From assembly GCA_947589595.1 (NCBI GenBank), contig CANQBV010000001.1:810-64809 (forward strand): DNA of 64,000 nucleotides. The letters run 5' to 3'. Below, piece after piece: positions 1 through 7,774 of the stretch; position 1 is the first letter of the stretch, and each line of letters starts with the position of its first letter. The notes beneath the pieces were generated by a model, which saw nothing but the letters and a program-made list of their open reading frames with translations, did no database searches and had not been told where the DNA came from. Source of the stretch: an uncultured Clostridia bacterium. Lineage in GTDB: Bacteria > Bacillota > Clostridia > Oscillospirales > SIG627. The position numbers and the translations under genes are program-made.

Positions 1-63
1 GAGGCGAGCCCTTTTCAAATGTAAAATTGTGTGGTAGAATAAAAAAGGAAACGGAGGAACACA

Positions 64-240
64 ATGGTATTTGAGAGAATTGATGGAAAAGGCGCCTTTG
101 GCGGTGATTATAAAGAAATCTATTATTTCAACGACCAAATGTTTCCTACGGAAAAGGAAGAAGCCACGCGCGCCATTGTGCGGGAATGCAAAGCAAATGG
201 AGCGCTAATCAATGAAGAAATTCTGGTATTACAAAAATAA
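64..240 (+). CDS. hypothetical small protein (58 aa); below the length cutoff of the supplied ORF track
   Basis: ATG at 64 preceded by GGAGG at 51-55, open to TAA at 238-240. Translation MVFERIDGKGAFGGDYKEIYYFNDQMFPTEKEEATRAIVRECKANGALINEEILVLQK. No family recognised. Confidence 0.35.
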   Translation: MVFERIDGKGAFGGDYKEIYYFNDQMFPTEKEEATRAIVRECKANGALINEEILVLQK

Positions 241-260
241 AGAGGGGAGGAGGAGCTTTC

Positions 261-2879
261 ATGCGTGCGTTGAATCAGAAAAAACTGACGACCGTTTTTT
301 CGGTGGCGGCGTTTGTCCTTCTTTTGCTGCTAGGGATCGTTTTTTCTTCCTATTATATTTTGCAAAACGATTCAAATTTGGTGCGCAGCACCTCGCAGAT
401 TTTGGTGCGCCACCGGGAAGTGACCTATTTTCAGGACGGGGAAACCTATAGCGAGCTGCCTGCCGGTGAATACACGTTCACGGTGGAAAATCAGGGAAAG
501 CTCGATTCCGACCTGCAGCTGATTTTTTCCCAAAATTGCACATTTGAACAAACGTTTTACGAAGCGTATACGCCCATTTCGGTGCAAATCCCGCATGAAT
601 CCAGAACGCATTTTGCCTATTCCTGCGAGGAAATTGCTGATTTCGGCTTTGTGGAAGTGGGGCAGAATGAATTTTCTTTTGTTTTCGATGGGGAAAGCTT
701 TGCGGTGGCGCAGGAACTTTGCGATTCGCTTTCCGATATCGTTTTCATCAAAGCCACGGAAATGGATACCATGCGACTGGAAAAACCGCTGCGCATCTTT
801 GGAGACTACACCTTTCGGGAATTTTTTGTTTCCTCGCATGAGGAAGGACGGATCGTTGTAGCGCCGGATCGGGAATTCCAGGCGAAGTTTTTTGCCTATT
901 GTCCGGCCGTGCAGCTTTACACTTACCGCGTTACCCCCTCTACGGATGCAGCTGTTCAGGATTATTATTTCAAGGTGAAATCCTTCAACGGCAAGGCGGT
1001 CGATCTTGCGTCCTATCCCGTTGCCGATTTCGAAATGCTTGTCGCTCTGTCGGAAAACAGCTATTTTCTTTCGGATCCGCAGGATGTGAAGGTTTCGTTT
1101 GTGGCGCCCATTGTGTTTGAGGATAACGTGCATTGGAACCGTGTTTGCAATTTGGAAGTGCTGGCGCAGCCGGAAATGGGTGAATTTGTGCTTTCCATGC
1201 GCTCACTTTCAGAGGTTGCCCTGCAGCTCACCCTGGCAGACGGTGTGGAGCTGGCGGCGGAGAATTTGTATTATCATGCGCCGTTTTGCGATCTGACCTG
1301 GGAAAGCGCCTCGCCGATCCCGATTTTAGAACGGGTGGAGGGGACACAGAATTTACGTTCCTTCAACGGCCAGGCCTGCCGCCTCGGCGGATTGGGCGAG
1401 GGGGAAGTGACTCTGAAGCTTGCTGCCGGTTCGGTTCCCGGACTGGAAGAGGATATTCTGCTTGAAAGAAAGGGCAATCTTCTCACCGCTGCTTTTCCCT
1501 ATGATATTACCATGTCCGCGCTCAGCGCCGTTCAGCCGGAAATTCTTTCCGAAAACCGCTGCTATTTTGAAGAGACAAATGAAGACGGAAGCGTCGATTT
1601 TTCCGCGTCTCCGATCTTGGTTTTGCAGGACGACAACGGCAATCTGCTGCGTCTGAAGGTAAAGATTCTGCGCGAGACGAAAAATCTTCCCGTGATTTAT
1701 CTTGAAACGGAAGACGGCGCCGAGGTGAAGTCGAAAGAGCAATATATCTCTGCCACCTTTGTGCTGGACGCCGGAACGAGCGGGTTTGAATCGATCCCGC
1801 TTTCGCATATTCGTCTTCGCGGCCGGGGCAATTCCACCTGGAATTGGGATAAAAAGCCCTATAAAATTCATTTCGACACTCCCGTTTCCGTGTTCGGACT
1901 GACGGCGGGCGAAGAATGGGCGCTGCTTGCCAACTATGCCGATAAATCGCTGATGCGAAATCATGTGGCACAGCTTATGGCGGCTCAGCTTTCCTTTGAC
2001 TACGCCCCCACGCAGAACGCAGTGGATGTGTTCCTGAATGGGGATTACATCGGCGTTTATTCTTTCGGGGAGCACTTGGAGGAAGGCGAAGGGCGCGTGG
2101 AGATCACGCACGATATGAAGAAAGTAGACTGCGGTTACTTTCTGGAGGTCGGCGGCGTGGTGAGCGGTGTGGACGTCCAGGGAATGAACTATTTCCACGC
2201 CGGGCTTTTGAAATTTGTATTGGTGAAGGGACCGGAATTCAATTCTCTGACCTCGGCTCAGTTCGATTATATTAAAACCTATCTGAAAGAAGCCAATGAC
2301 GCGGTCGTCGCGGGCAAGGGATACGAAGAATATATCGACATGGAATCGCTCATTGATTGGCTGATCATGATCGAATTGACCAATAACACCGACTGTGCGT
2401 TCCGCCGGAGCTGCTATTTTACCAAAGACAGCGGCGGAAAGCTGAAATTGGGCCCTGTGTGGGATTTTGACCTGGCGTTTGGCAATTTCAGCAGGGACGT
2501 GCAGGACTATTCGACCTGGGCAAGCTATAATATGGACGACGATTATGTGGGCGAAACCTGGTCGTACTACCTGTTCCGCGATCCTAAATTCCAAAAGCAG
2601 TTTAAAGCTCGTTGGGACGAAGTGCGCGATCTTTTGCTGGATACGGCTTTCGAAGCGATCGATGCGGAGTATGAAAGGATCGCGCCGTCTGCTGCGGATA
2701 ACTTCCGTGTTTGGGATATTTTGGGGAAAAAGGTGGCGTTTGAACGGCGCGATACCAACCTCTACCCGACCTACGATTCTCAGATCCGGTATTTAAAAAC
2801 CTTCCTCAAAAATCGCGCCGCCTGGATCGATAAAACCACCGCTTCCTGGAAAATCGAAACCACGGATATGGAGTCGTAG
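261..2879 (+). CDS. CotH-family (spore-coat protein H-like kinase fold) protein with N-terminal membrane anchor and ~480-aa unassigned N-terminal region
   Basis: 872-aa ORF; RBS GGAGGAGG upstream of ATG 261; hydrophobic N-terminus TTVFSVAAFVLLLLLGIVF. The C-terminal half carries CotH-like motifs: RLRGRGNSTWNWDKKPYKIHF, LLANYADKSLMRN, GPVWDFDLAFGN. Confidence 0.8.
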   Translation: MRALNQKKLTTVFSVAAFVLLLLLGIVFSSYYILQNDSNLVRSTSQILVRHREVTYFQDGETYSELPAGEYTFTVENQGKLDSDLQLIFSQNCTFEQTFYEAYTPISVQIPHESRTHFAYSCEEIADFGFVEVGQNEFSFVFDGESFAVAQELCDSLSDIVFIKATEMDTMRLEKPLRIFGDYTFREFFVSSHEEGRIVVAPDREFQAKFFAYCPAVQLYTYRVTPSTDAAVQDYYFKVKSFNGKAVDLASYPVADFEMLVALSENSYFLSDPQDVKVSFVAPIVFEDNVHWNRVCNLEVLAQPEMGEFVLSMRSLSEVALQLTLADGVELAAENLYYHAPFCDLTWESASPIPILERVEGTQNLRSFNGQACRLGGLGEGEVTLKLAAGSVPGLEEDILLERKGNLLTAAFPYDITMSALSAVQPEILSENRCYFEETNEDGSVDFSASPILVLQDDNGNLLRLKVKILRETKNLPVIYLETEDGAEVKSKEQYISATFVLDAGTSGFESIPLSHIRLRGRGNSTWNWDKKPYKIHFDTPVSVFGLTAGEEWALLANYADKSLMRNHVAQLMAAQLSFDYAPTQNAVDVFLNGDYIGVYSFGEHLEEGEGRVEITHDMKKVDCGYFLEVGGVVSGVDVQGMNYFHAGLLKFVLVKGPEFNSLTSAQFDYIKTYLKEANDAVVAGKGYEEYIDMESLIDWLIMIELTNNTDCAFRRSCYFTKDSGGKLKLGPVWDFDLAFGNFSRDVQDYSTWASYNMDDDYVGETWSYYLFRDPKFQKQFKARWDEVRDLLLDTAFEAIDAEYERIAPSAADNFRVWDILGKKVAFERRDTNLYPTYDSQIRYLKTFLKNRAAWIDKTTASWKIETTDMES

Positions 2880-2884
2880 GATTT

Positions 2885-2948
2885 GGGGTTCCACCCAAAC
2901 TTAAGAACCTTTTAAAAAGGTCCTTAACGATTCTCAAAACTTTTAGGA
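2885..2948. repeat. short intergenic element, copy A (related to 7617-7689)
   Basis: Colinear blocks GTTCCAC (2888-2894), A/T palindrome ACCTTTTAAAAAGGT (centre ~2914) and CTCAAAACTTTTAGGA (2933-2948). The same three blocks recur in the same order and spacing at 7624 / ~7652 / 7673. Confidence 0.35.
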
Positions 2949-2950
2949 TG

Positions 2951-2991
2951 AAAAAACAAAGGAATCTGCATTTACATGCAGATTCCTTTTG
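2951..2991. terminator. bidirectional rho-independent terminator between the CotH-like gene (+) and clpX (-)
   Basis: Perfect 11-bp stem GGAATCTGCAT (2961-2971) / ATGCAGATTCC (2976-2986) with loop TTAC, flanked by an A-run upstream and TTTT downstream. Confidence 0.8.
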
Positions 2992-3130
2992 CCGTTATTA
3001 CCGGTGGGTCACAGAGCAATATTCCGGCAATACCGGAGTGGAATTGCGCCCATGTGGCTGCGGGCAACCCGCTTTCAGGCGAATCAAGCTGCGTTTTGCG
3101 CTTCTTACGGGGCGGAGACTTGCAGCGTAC

Positions 3131-4387
3131 TCAGTCCGCGCTTTCGGAAATGGATTTGAGCACAAGCTCCGGAGAGCCGGTGGCAACGGTGTCTTTGGTG
3201 ATGACTACCTTTTCCACGTCGGTACGGTCGGGGATCTCATACATGATTTTCTGCAGAAAGCCCTCTAAAATCGCGCGCAGACCGCGGGCGCCGGTATTGC
3301 GCTCGCGTGCGAGCCGGGCAATTTCCAAAAGCGCATCCTGGCGAAATTCCAGTGTGACGCCGTCCAGCTCAAACAGCTTGACGTATTGCTTGGAAAGCGC
3401 GTTTTTCGGCTCGGTTAAAATACGCACCAGGTTTTTTTCATCCAGCGGATCCAGCGGCACAATCACCGGGATTCTGCCCACCAGTTCGGGAATGATGCCG
3501 TATTTGACCAGATCATGCGGAATCACCTTGCGGATTACGCCGCTGTCTTCTTTCTCTTTTTTCGTTTCGACTTTCTGGTCAAAGCCGATCGCGGCTTTGC
3601 CGTCCCGCTTGTTGATCAGATCGGCAATGCCGTCGAAAGCGCCGCCGCAAATAAAGAGAATGTTTTTGGTATCGATCTTAATAAATTCCTGGTTCGGGTG
3701 CTTTCGACCGCCCTGCGGCGGTACGTTGGCAACCGTGCCCTCAAAAATTTTGAGCAGCGCCTGCTGGACGCCCTCGCCCGAAACGTCCCGCGTGATGGAG
3801 CGGTTTTCACTTTTGCGGGCAATTTTATCGATCTCATCGATATAAATAATCCCGCGTTCGGCCTTCTCCACGTCGAAATCCGCCGCCTGAATAAGCCGGA
3901 GCAGAATGTTTTCCACATCCTCGCCCACGTAGCCCGCCTCGGTCAGCGTGGTCGCATCGGCAATGGCAAAGGGCACCTGCAGGGTTTTGGCCAGGGTCTG
4001 TGCCAAATAGGTTTTGCCAACGCCCGTAGGGCCGATCAGGAGCACGTTGCTCTTCTGGATCTCCACGTCGTTTTTATCTTTCTGCATCAGACGTTTATAG
4101 TGGTTGTATACCGCTACGGAAAGGGCAATTTTGGCATTGTCCTGCCCTACCACATACTCGTCCAAGGACTTTTTGATCTCGGTAGGCTTGGGAAGATAGG
4201 CCAGCTCGAACGTCTGTTTTTTCTTTTGACGCTTCTGTTCCCCCAAATAATCCTGCAGAAGTTCATTGCATAGGGAAACGCAGTGATCGCAGATATACAC
4301 GCCGTTCGGACCGGGAATGAGAAGAGCGGCCTGCCTGTCGCTGCGCGAGCAGAACGAACAGGTGGGATTGTTTTTTTGGTTTGCCAT
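3131..4387 (-). CDS. clpX: ATP-dependent Clp protease ATP-binding subunit ClpX
   Basis: 418 aa. N-terminal zinc-binding CSFC...CDHC; Walker A GPTGVGKT; characteristic IYIDEIDKI and ClpX C-terminal region; located immediately downstream of clpP. Confidence 0.97.
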   Translation of the reverse strand: MANQKNNPTCSFCSRSDRQAALLIPGPNGVYICDHCVSLCNELLQDYLGEQKRQKKKQTFELAYLPKPTEIKKSLDEYVVGQDNAKIALSVAVYNHYKRLMQKDKNDVEIQKSNVLLIGPTGVGKTYLAQTLAKTLQVPFAIADATTLTEAGYVGEDVENILLRLIQAADFDVEKAERGIIYIDEIDKIARKSENRSITRDVSGEGVQQALLKIFEGTVANVPPQGGRKHPNQEFIKIDTKNILFICGGAFDGIADLINKRDGKAAIGFDQKVETKKEKEDSGVIRKVIPHDLVKYGIIPELVGRIPVIVPLDPLDEKNLVRILTEPKNALSKQYVKLFELDGVTLEFRQDALLEIARLARERNTGARGLRAILEGFLQKIMYEIPDRTDVEKVVITKDTVATGSPELVLKSISESAD

Positions 4388-4442
4388 GTCAACTCCTATG
4401 AGAAATCGAAGGCGTAAGACAAAATCTTACGCCTCGTGAAGT

Positions 4443-5027
4443 TTACGCCCTTTTGTCGATGACCTTGTCAATCAATCCGTACTCAAGCGCTTGCTGCGCG
4501 GTAAGGAAATTATCGCGGTCGGTATCTTTTTCAATCACCTCAAGCGGTTTTCCGGTTCGCTCCGCTAAAATGCGGTTCAAAGTATCGCGCGTGCGCAGGA
4601 TATGGTCGGAATGAATCTTAATATCACTTGCCTGACCCTGCATACCGCCCAGGGGCTGATGGATCATGATCTCGCTGTGGGGCAGAGCGATTCGTTTGCC
4701 CTTGGCGCCGGCGGCGAGCAGGAAAGCGCCCATGCTGGCGGCCATACCGACACAAATGGTGGATACGTCGCACTTGATGTAATTCATTGTATCGAAAATG
4801 GCCATACCGGCGGAAACGCTGCCTCCGGGGCTGTTGATGTACAGCGCAATGTCTTTGTCGGGATCCTGCGCTTCCAGATAGAGCAGCTGCGCCACCACGA
4901 GCGAAGCGGTGGTGTCGTTGACTTCGTCACTAAGGAAAACAACACGATCGTTCAAAAGACGGGAATAAATATCGTAGCTTCTTTCGGAATGTCCGGTCTG
5001 TTCAATGACCATGGGAACTAATGCCAT
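4443..5027 (-). CDS. clpP: ATP-dependent Clp protease proteolytic subunit ClpP
   Basis: 194 aa. Typical ClpP sequence with [18 protein letters not shown] and the catalytic Ser context [14 protein letters not shown]; tig-clpP-clpX order. Confidence 0.97.
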   Translation of the reverse strand: MALVPMVIEQTGHSERSYDIYSRLLNDRVVFLSDEVNDTTASLVVAQLLYLEAQDPDKDIALYINSPGGSVSAGMAIFDTMNYIKCDVSTICVGMAASMGAFLLAAGAKGKRIALPHSEIMIHQPLGGMQGQASDIKIHSDHILRTRDTLNRILAERTGKPLEVIEKDTDRDNFLTAQQALEYGLIDKVIDKRA

Positions 5028-5050
5028 GTTCTACCTCCAAATTCGGGAAA

Positions 5051-6475
5051 TTACTCTTTATCCGCCGTTTTTTTAGTGGTTTTTTTTGCGGCGGGCTTTT
5101 TCGCAGCGGTTTCTTTCTTGGTTGCGGTTTCTTTCTTTTCGGCAGGAGCCTTTTTCGCGGGGGCTTTTTTGGCTGCGGGCTTTTTCTCTTCCGCCTTTTC
5201 GGTGATTTCGGCGCTGGACTTCAAAAGCTCAACCGCTTTGCGGGCGGCGACGTCTTTTTGAATCAGTTCACGCGCAATGAATTCTTTGGCCTTTTCCGGC
5301 TCGATCTGATAGGCTTCGGAAACTCGCTTGTACTCGGCTTCGATTTCCTCGTCGCTGATTTCGAATTTTTCTTCTTTTGCGATTACTTCCAGCGCCAACT
5401 GCGCCTTGACCTGCTTTTCAGCCTGCGGCTTGAATTCTTCTTTCATTTTCGGAAGCGTCATGCCGGTGTACTGCAGGTACGTTTCCATCGAAAGCCCCTG
5501 CTGAGCCAGACGGTTTTCGTAGTCGCGCAGCATATTGTCGCACTCAGTGTCGAACATACATTCGGGAATATCGCCTTCAATGTTTTCGATCAGCGCGTTC
5601 AGAAGCTGTTCTTCCACCTGGTGCTCGGCGTCTTCTTCGTTTCTCTTTTCGATTTTTGCCCGGATATCTTTTTTGTATTCATCCAGCGTGTCAAATTCGG
5701 AAACGTCCTTGGCAAATTCATCGTCCAGCGCGGGAAGCTCGATATGTTCAATGCCGTTCAGTGCTACTTTGAAAACCGCTTCCTTCCCCTTGAGCTCTTC
5801 CGCGTGGTAGTTTTCGGGGAAGGTCACGGTTACGTCGAACGCATCGCCGATTTTGTGACCGACGATTTGTTCTTCAAAACCGGGAATAAACTGGCCGGAA
5901 CCAAGGCGCAGGTGATGTCCCTCGTCTTTTCCGCCCTGGAAAGGTTCGCTGCCGATGAAGCCTTCGTAATCGATCACGGCAACGTCGTCCATCGCGGCGG
6001 CGCGATCGGTTACTTCAATGGTGCGGGAATTTCTTTCCTGCACACGGGCAAGCTCGGCTTTTACTTCTTCCGCAGTAACCTTCTTCACGGTCTTTTCGGC
6101 TTTCAGTCCTTTGTAGGCTTTCAGCTTCAAATTGGGCTTGGTGTAGTAGGTCGCGGTGAGCGCCACGCCGTTTTCATCGATATCGCCCAGATCCAGCTCC
6201 GGCTGGCTGACCGCTTCAATACCGGCCTCCTGCACCGCTTCCTCCAATACGCCGGGAAGCAGCGCGTTCAGCGCATCTTCGTAGAACACGCCCTTGCCGT
6301 ACATTTTTTCAATGATCGGCTTCGGCGCTTTGCCCTTACGGAAGCCGGGAATGGTGATTTTCCCGACCTGCTTTTTGTATACCTTCATCACTTCGGCGTC
6401 AAAGACGTCCTTGGGGATGGTGATCTCCAGAACCGCCTTGTTCTTTTCTTCGGTTTTTACTTGTTTCAAGCTCAT
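5051..6475 (-). CDS. tig: trigger factor (peptidyl-prolyl isomerase) with a Lys/Ala/Glu-rich C-terminal tail
   Basis: 474 aa. N-terminal ribosome-binding motif GFRKGKAP and a central FKBP-like region; synteny with clpP-clpX; RBS AGGAGA upstream of the ATG at 6475. Confidence 0.95.
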   Translation of the reverse strand: MSLKQVKTEEKNKAVLEITIPKDVFDAEVMKVYKKQVGKITIPGFRKGKAPKPIIEKMYGKGVFYEDALNALLPGVLEEAVQEAGIEAVSQPELDLGDIDENGVALTATYYTKPNLKLKAYKGLKAEKTVKKVTAEEVKAELARVQERNSRTIEVTDRAAAMDDVAVIDYEGFIGSEPFQGGKDEGHHLRLGSGQFIPGFEEQIVGHKIGDAFDVTVTFPENYHAEELKGKEAVFKVALNGIEHIELPALDDEFAKDVSEFDTLDEYKKDIRAKIEKRNEEDAEHQVEEQLLNALIENIEGDIPECMFDTECDNMLRDYENRLAQQGLSMETYLQYTGMTLPKMKEEFKPQAEKQVKAQLALEVIAKEEKFEISDEEIEAEYKRVSEAYQIEPEKAKEFIARELIQKDVAARKAVELLKSSAEITEKAEEKKPAAKKAPAKKAPAEKKETATKKETAAKKPAAKKTTKKTADKE

Positions 6476-6674
6476 TTTTTTAATCTCCTGAAAGACTTAA
6501 TAGATATTGATAGTTCTTATCCTAACAATTATATCTGTCCCGTTTTATTTTGTCAAGACTTCCCGCCCGAAAAAGAAAAGGGGCGCCGATTCAACGCCCA
6601 ATAATATCATTATATACCAAAACGCAGATTTGTGCAAGTAGAAAAATTTCCTGAAATTTTGTGCAAAATGTGAA

Positions 6675-6703
6675 TTTACAAAAAAGATAACATGTGCTAA
6701 GAT
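6675..6703 (+). promoter_or_regulatory. candidate sigma-70-type promoter for the intergenic transcript
   Basis: TTTACA (6675-6680), 17-nt spacer, TAAGAT (6698-6703), with TG at 6695-6696 (extended -10). Confidence 0.4.
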
Positions 6704-6709
6704 AAAGAC

Positions 6710-6996
6710 ACAAAGAAGAGGGCAAACAAAAAAGGAAGAGCAAGGAAGCGCTTCCGCCAATCCAAATAGGAGGTACGGTCCCAAAAAAAGTGTACAGTGA
6801 CCCGAAAGCTCGGAGGAACTAAGATTCCCAAAAATCAAAGAAAGGGTAAGGTACAGTCCTAAGGAAAGGTTACAGTGACCCGAAAGTTCGGAGAAATGAA
6901 GGCCTGAGGACTCCGCAGAAAGAAGAGGTACGGTCCCATGAACAGTGAACAGCAGAAATAACCCCGATCCGGAAAAAGGATCGGGGTTATTTTTTT
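6710..6996 (+). ncRNA. candidate ncRNA or protein-binding leader: purine-rich ~290-nt unit made of three degenerate ~78-nt repeats and ending in a strong terminator
   Basis: The upstream gene (tig) is on the opposite strand, so a + strand terminator at 6960-6996 implies a transcript starting inside this spacer. TAC(G/A)GT cores at 6774, 6793, 6852, 6871, 6929 (plus AACAGT at 6941). GTGACCCGAAAG(C/T)TCGGAG occurs twice (6796-6814, 6874-6892). There is no credible ORF on the + strand. Confidence 0.4.
6960..6996 (+). terminator. rho-independent terminator
   Basis: 11-bp stem AACCCCGATCC (6960-6970) / GGATCGGGGTT (6978-6988) with loop GGAAAAA, followed by ATTTTTTT. Confidence 0.85.
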
Positions 6997-7010
6997 CGGG
7001 GAAATTCCCC

Positions 7011-7039
7011 TTTACACGCGGCTCTTTTTCGGTTACAAT
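7011..7039 (+). promoter_or_regulatory. candidate promoter of the nitroreductase gene
   Basis: TTTACA (7011-7016), 17-nt spacer, TACAAT (7034-7039); lies 33 nt upstream of the ATG at 7072. Confidence 0.45.
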
Positions 7040-7071
7040 AGGGGTAGAAAAATGAGAAAGGAAGAAAGGAA

Positions 7072-7608
7072 ATGACCTACGAAGCCTTTTTGCAGCTTGC
7101 CGAAACGCGCCATTCCTGCCGGGAATTTACCGGGGAAGCGATCGAAGAAGCTGAGATTGAAAAAATATTGGCCGCTGCCCGGCTGACGCCTTCGGCGTGC
7201 AACAGCCAGCCCTGGCGGATCGCCGTGGTGACAGAGCCGGAGAAAAAAGAAAAGGTCGCGCTTGCCCTGCAGGACGACGGGATGAACCCGTATGTGGCAA
7301 AGGCGGGGGCGTTTTTGTGCCTGTATCCGAACGGCGCCGCGATGAAAAAGCGCGACAATCCCAAACACCCGGACGATCATTTTGTAAAATACGACGTCGG
7401 CGAGCTCTGCGCCTACATCACGCTGGCGGCCGAAACGCTCGGCGTTGCCAGTCTTATTGTGGGCTGGGTGAATCCGCAGAAAGTCAATGAGGCTGTTGGC
7501 TATGAGGGCGAATACACCTGCGACCTGGTGATCGCGCTGGGCAAAAGCGCCGAGGCTAAGCTCCCCCGCAAGATCCGCAAGCCCATGGACGAGATCGCCT
7601 TTTCATAA
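7072..7608 (+). CDS. nitroreductase-family oxidoreductase
   Basis: 178 aa. N-terminal RHSCREFTGEAIEE..IL.AARLTPSACNSQPWR is the typical nitroreductase-fold signature. Confidence 0.85.
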   Translation: MTYEAFLQLAETRHSCREFTGEAIEEAEIEKILAAARLTPSACNSQPWRIAVVTEPEKKEKVALALQDDGMNPYVAKAGAFLCLYPNGAAMKKRDNPKHPDDHFVKYDVGELCAYITLAAETLGVASLIVGWVNPQKVNEAVGYEGEYTCDLVIALGKSAEAKLPRKIRKPMDEIAFS

Positions 7609-7616
7609 TTTTATGT

Positions 7617-7689
7617 GGGACGCTGTTCCACACCTTGTTCAGGGGACTTTTTCCAAAAAGTCCCCTGAAAACCCTCAAAAACTTTTGAA
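7617..7689. repeat. short intergenic element, copy B (related to 2885-2948)
   Basis: GTTCCAC (7624-7630), palindrome GGGGACTTTTTCCAAAAAGTCCCC (7641-7664) and CTCAAAAACTTTTGAAA (7673-7689). Like copy A, it lies directly downstream of a + strand stop codon. Confidence 0.35.
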
Positions 7690-7693
7690 AAGA

Positions 7694-7733
7694 CTTGCTT
7701 GAAGATGCTTTCCAAGCAAGCCTTTTTATTTTT
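7694..7733 (+). terminator. rho-independent terminator of the nitroreductase gene
   Basis: Stem CTTGCTTG (7694-7701) / CAAGCAAG (7713-7720), followed by CCTTTTTATTTTT. Confidence 0.6.
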
Positions 7734-7774
7734 GAAAAGTTTTCTTGCGGGGTTTGGGGCGGAGCCTCATGGAT

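Noticed and set aside
4388-4442. Hairpin GGCGTAAGA...TCTTACGCC (about 4411-4433) between clpP and clpX as an independent regulatory element.
   Set aside because: It is a common partial terminator or attenuator arrangement between clpP and clpX. It has only a weak T-run on the minus strand and nothing distinguishes it further.
5021-6604. 527-aa ORF on the + strand opposite tig. Similar long antisense ORFs lie opposite leuS (53846-55960), smc (49628-50977, 49986-50879), paralog 4 (19502-21541), paralog 1 (14902-15990), the CotH-like gene (1353-2594), topA (44716-45693) and rpsF-ssb (58988-59845).
   Set aside because: Each lies fully antisense to a gene with unmistakable family motifs. The translations are low-complexity (F/L/G/R-rich), lack RBSs and resemble no family. 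Long stop-free antisense frames are expected in moderately GC-rich coding DNA.
6629-6667. Repeated TTGTGCAA (about 6630 and 6659) upstream of the candidate ncRNA promoter, as an operator.
   Set aside because: There are only two short copies in an A/T-rich divergent promoter region that also serves tig. The evidence is too thin to call a binding site, so it is noted only as context for the ncRNA finding.
6545-6838. 97-aa minus-strand ORF overlapping the candidate ncRNA region.
   Set aside because: No RBS, and the hydrophobic low-complexity translation comes from reading a purine-rich repeat backwards. The repeat structure, + strand promoter and + strand terminator explain the region better.
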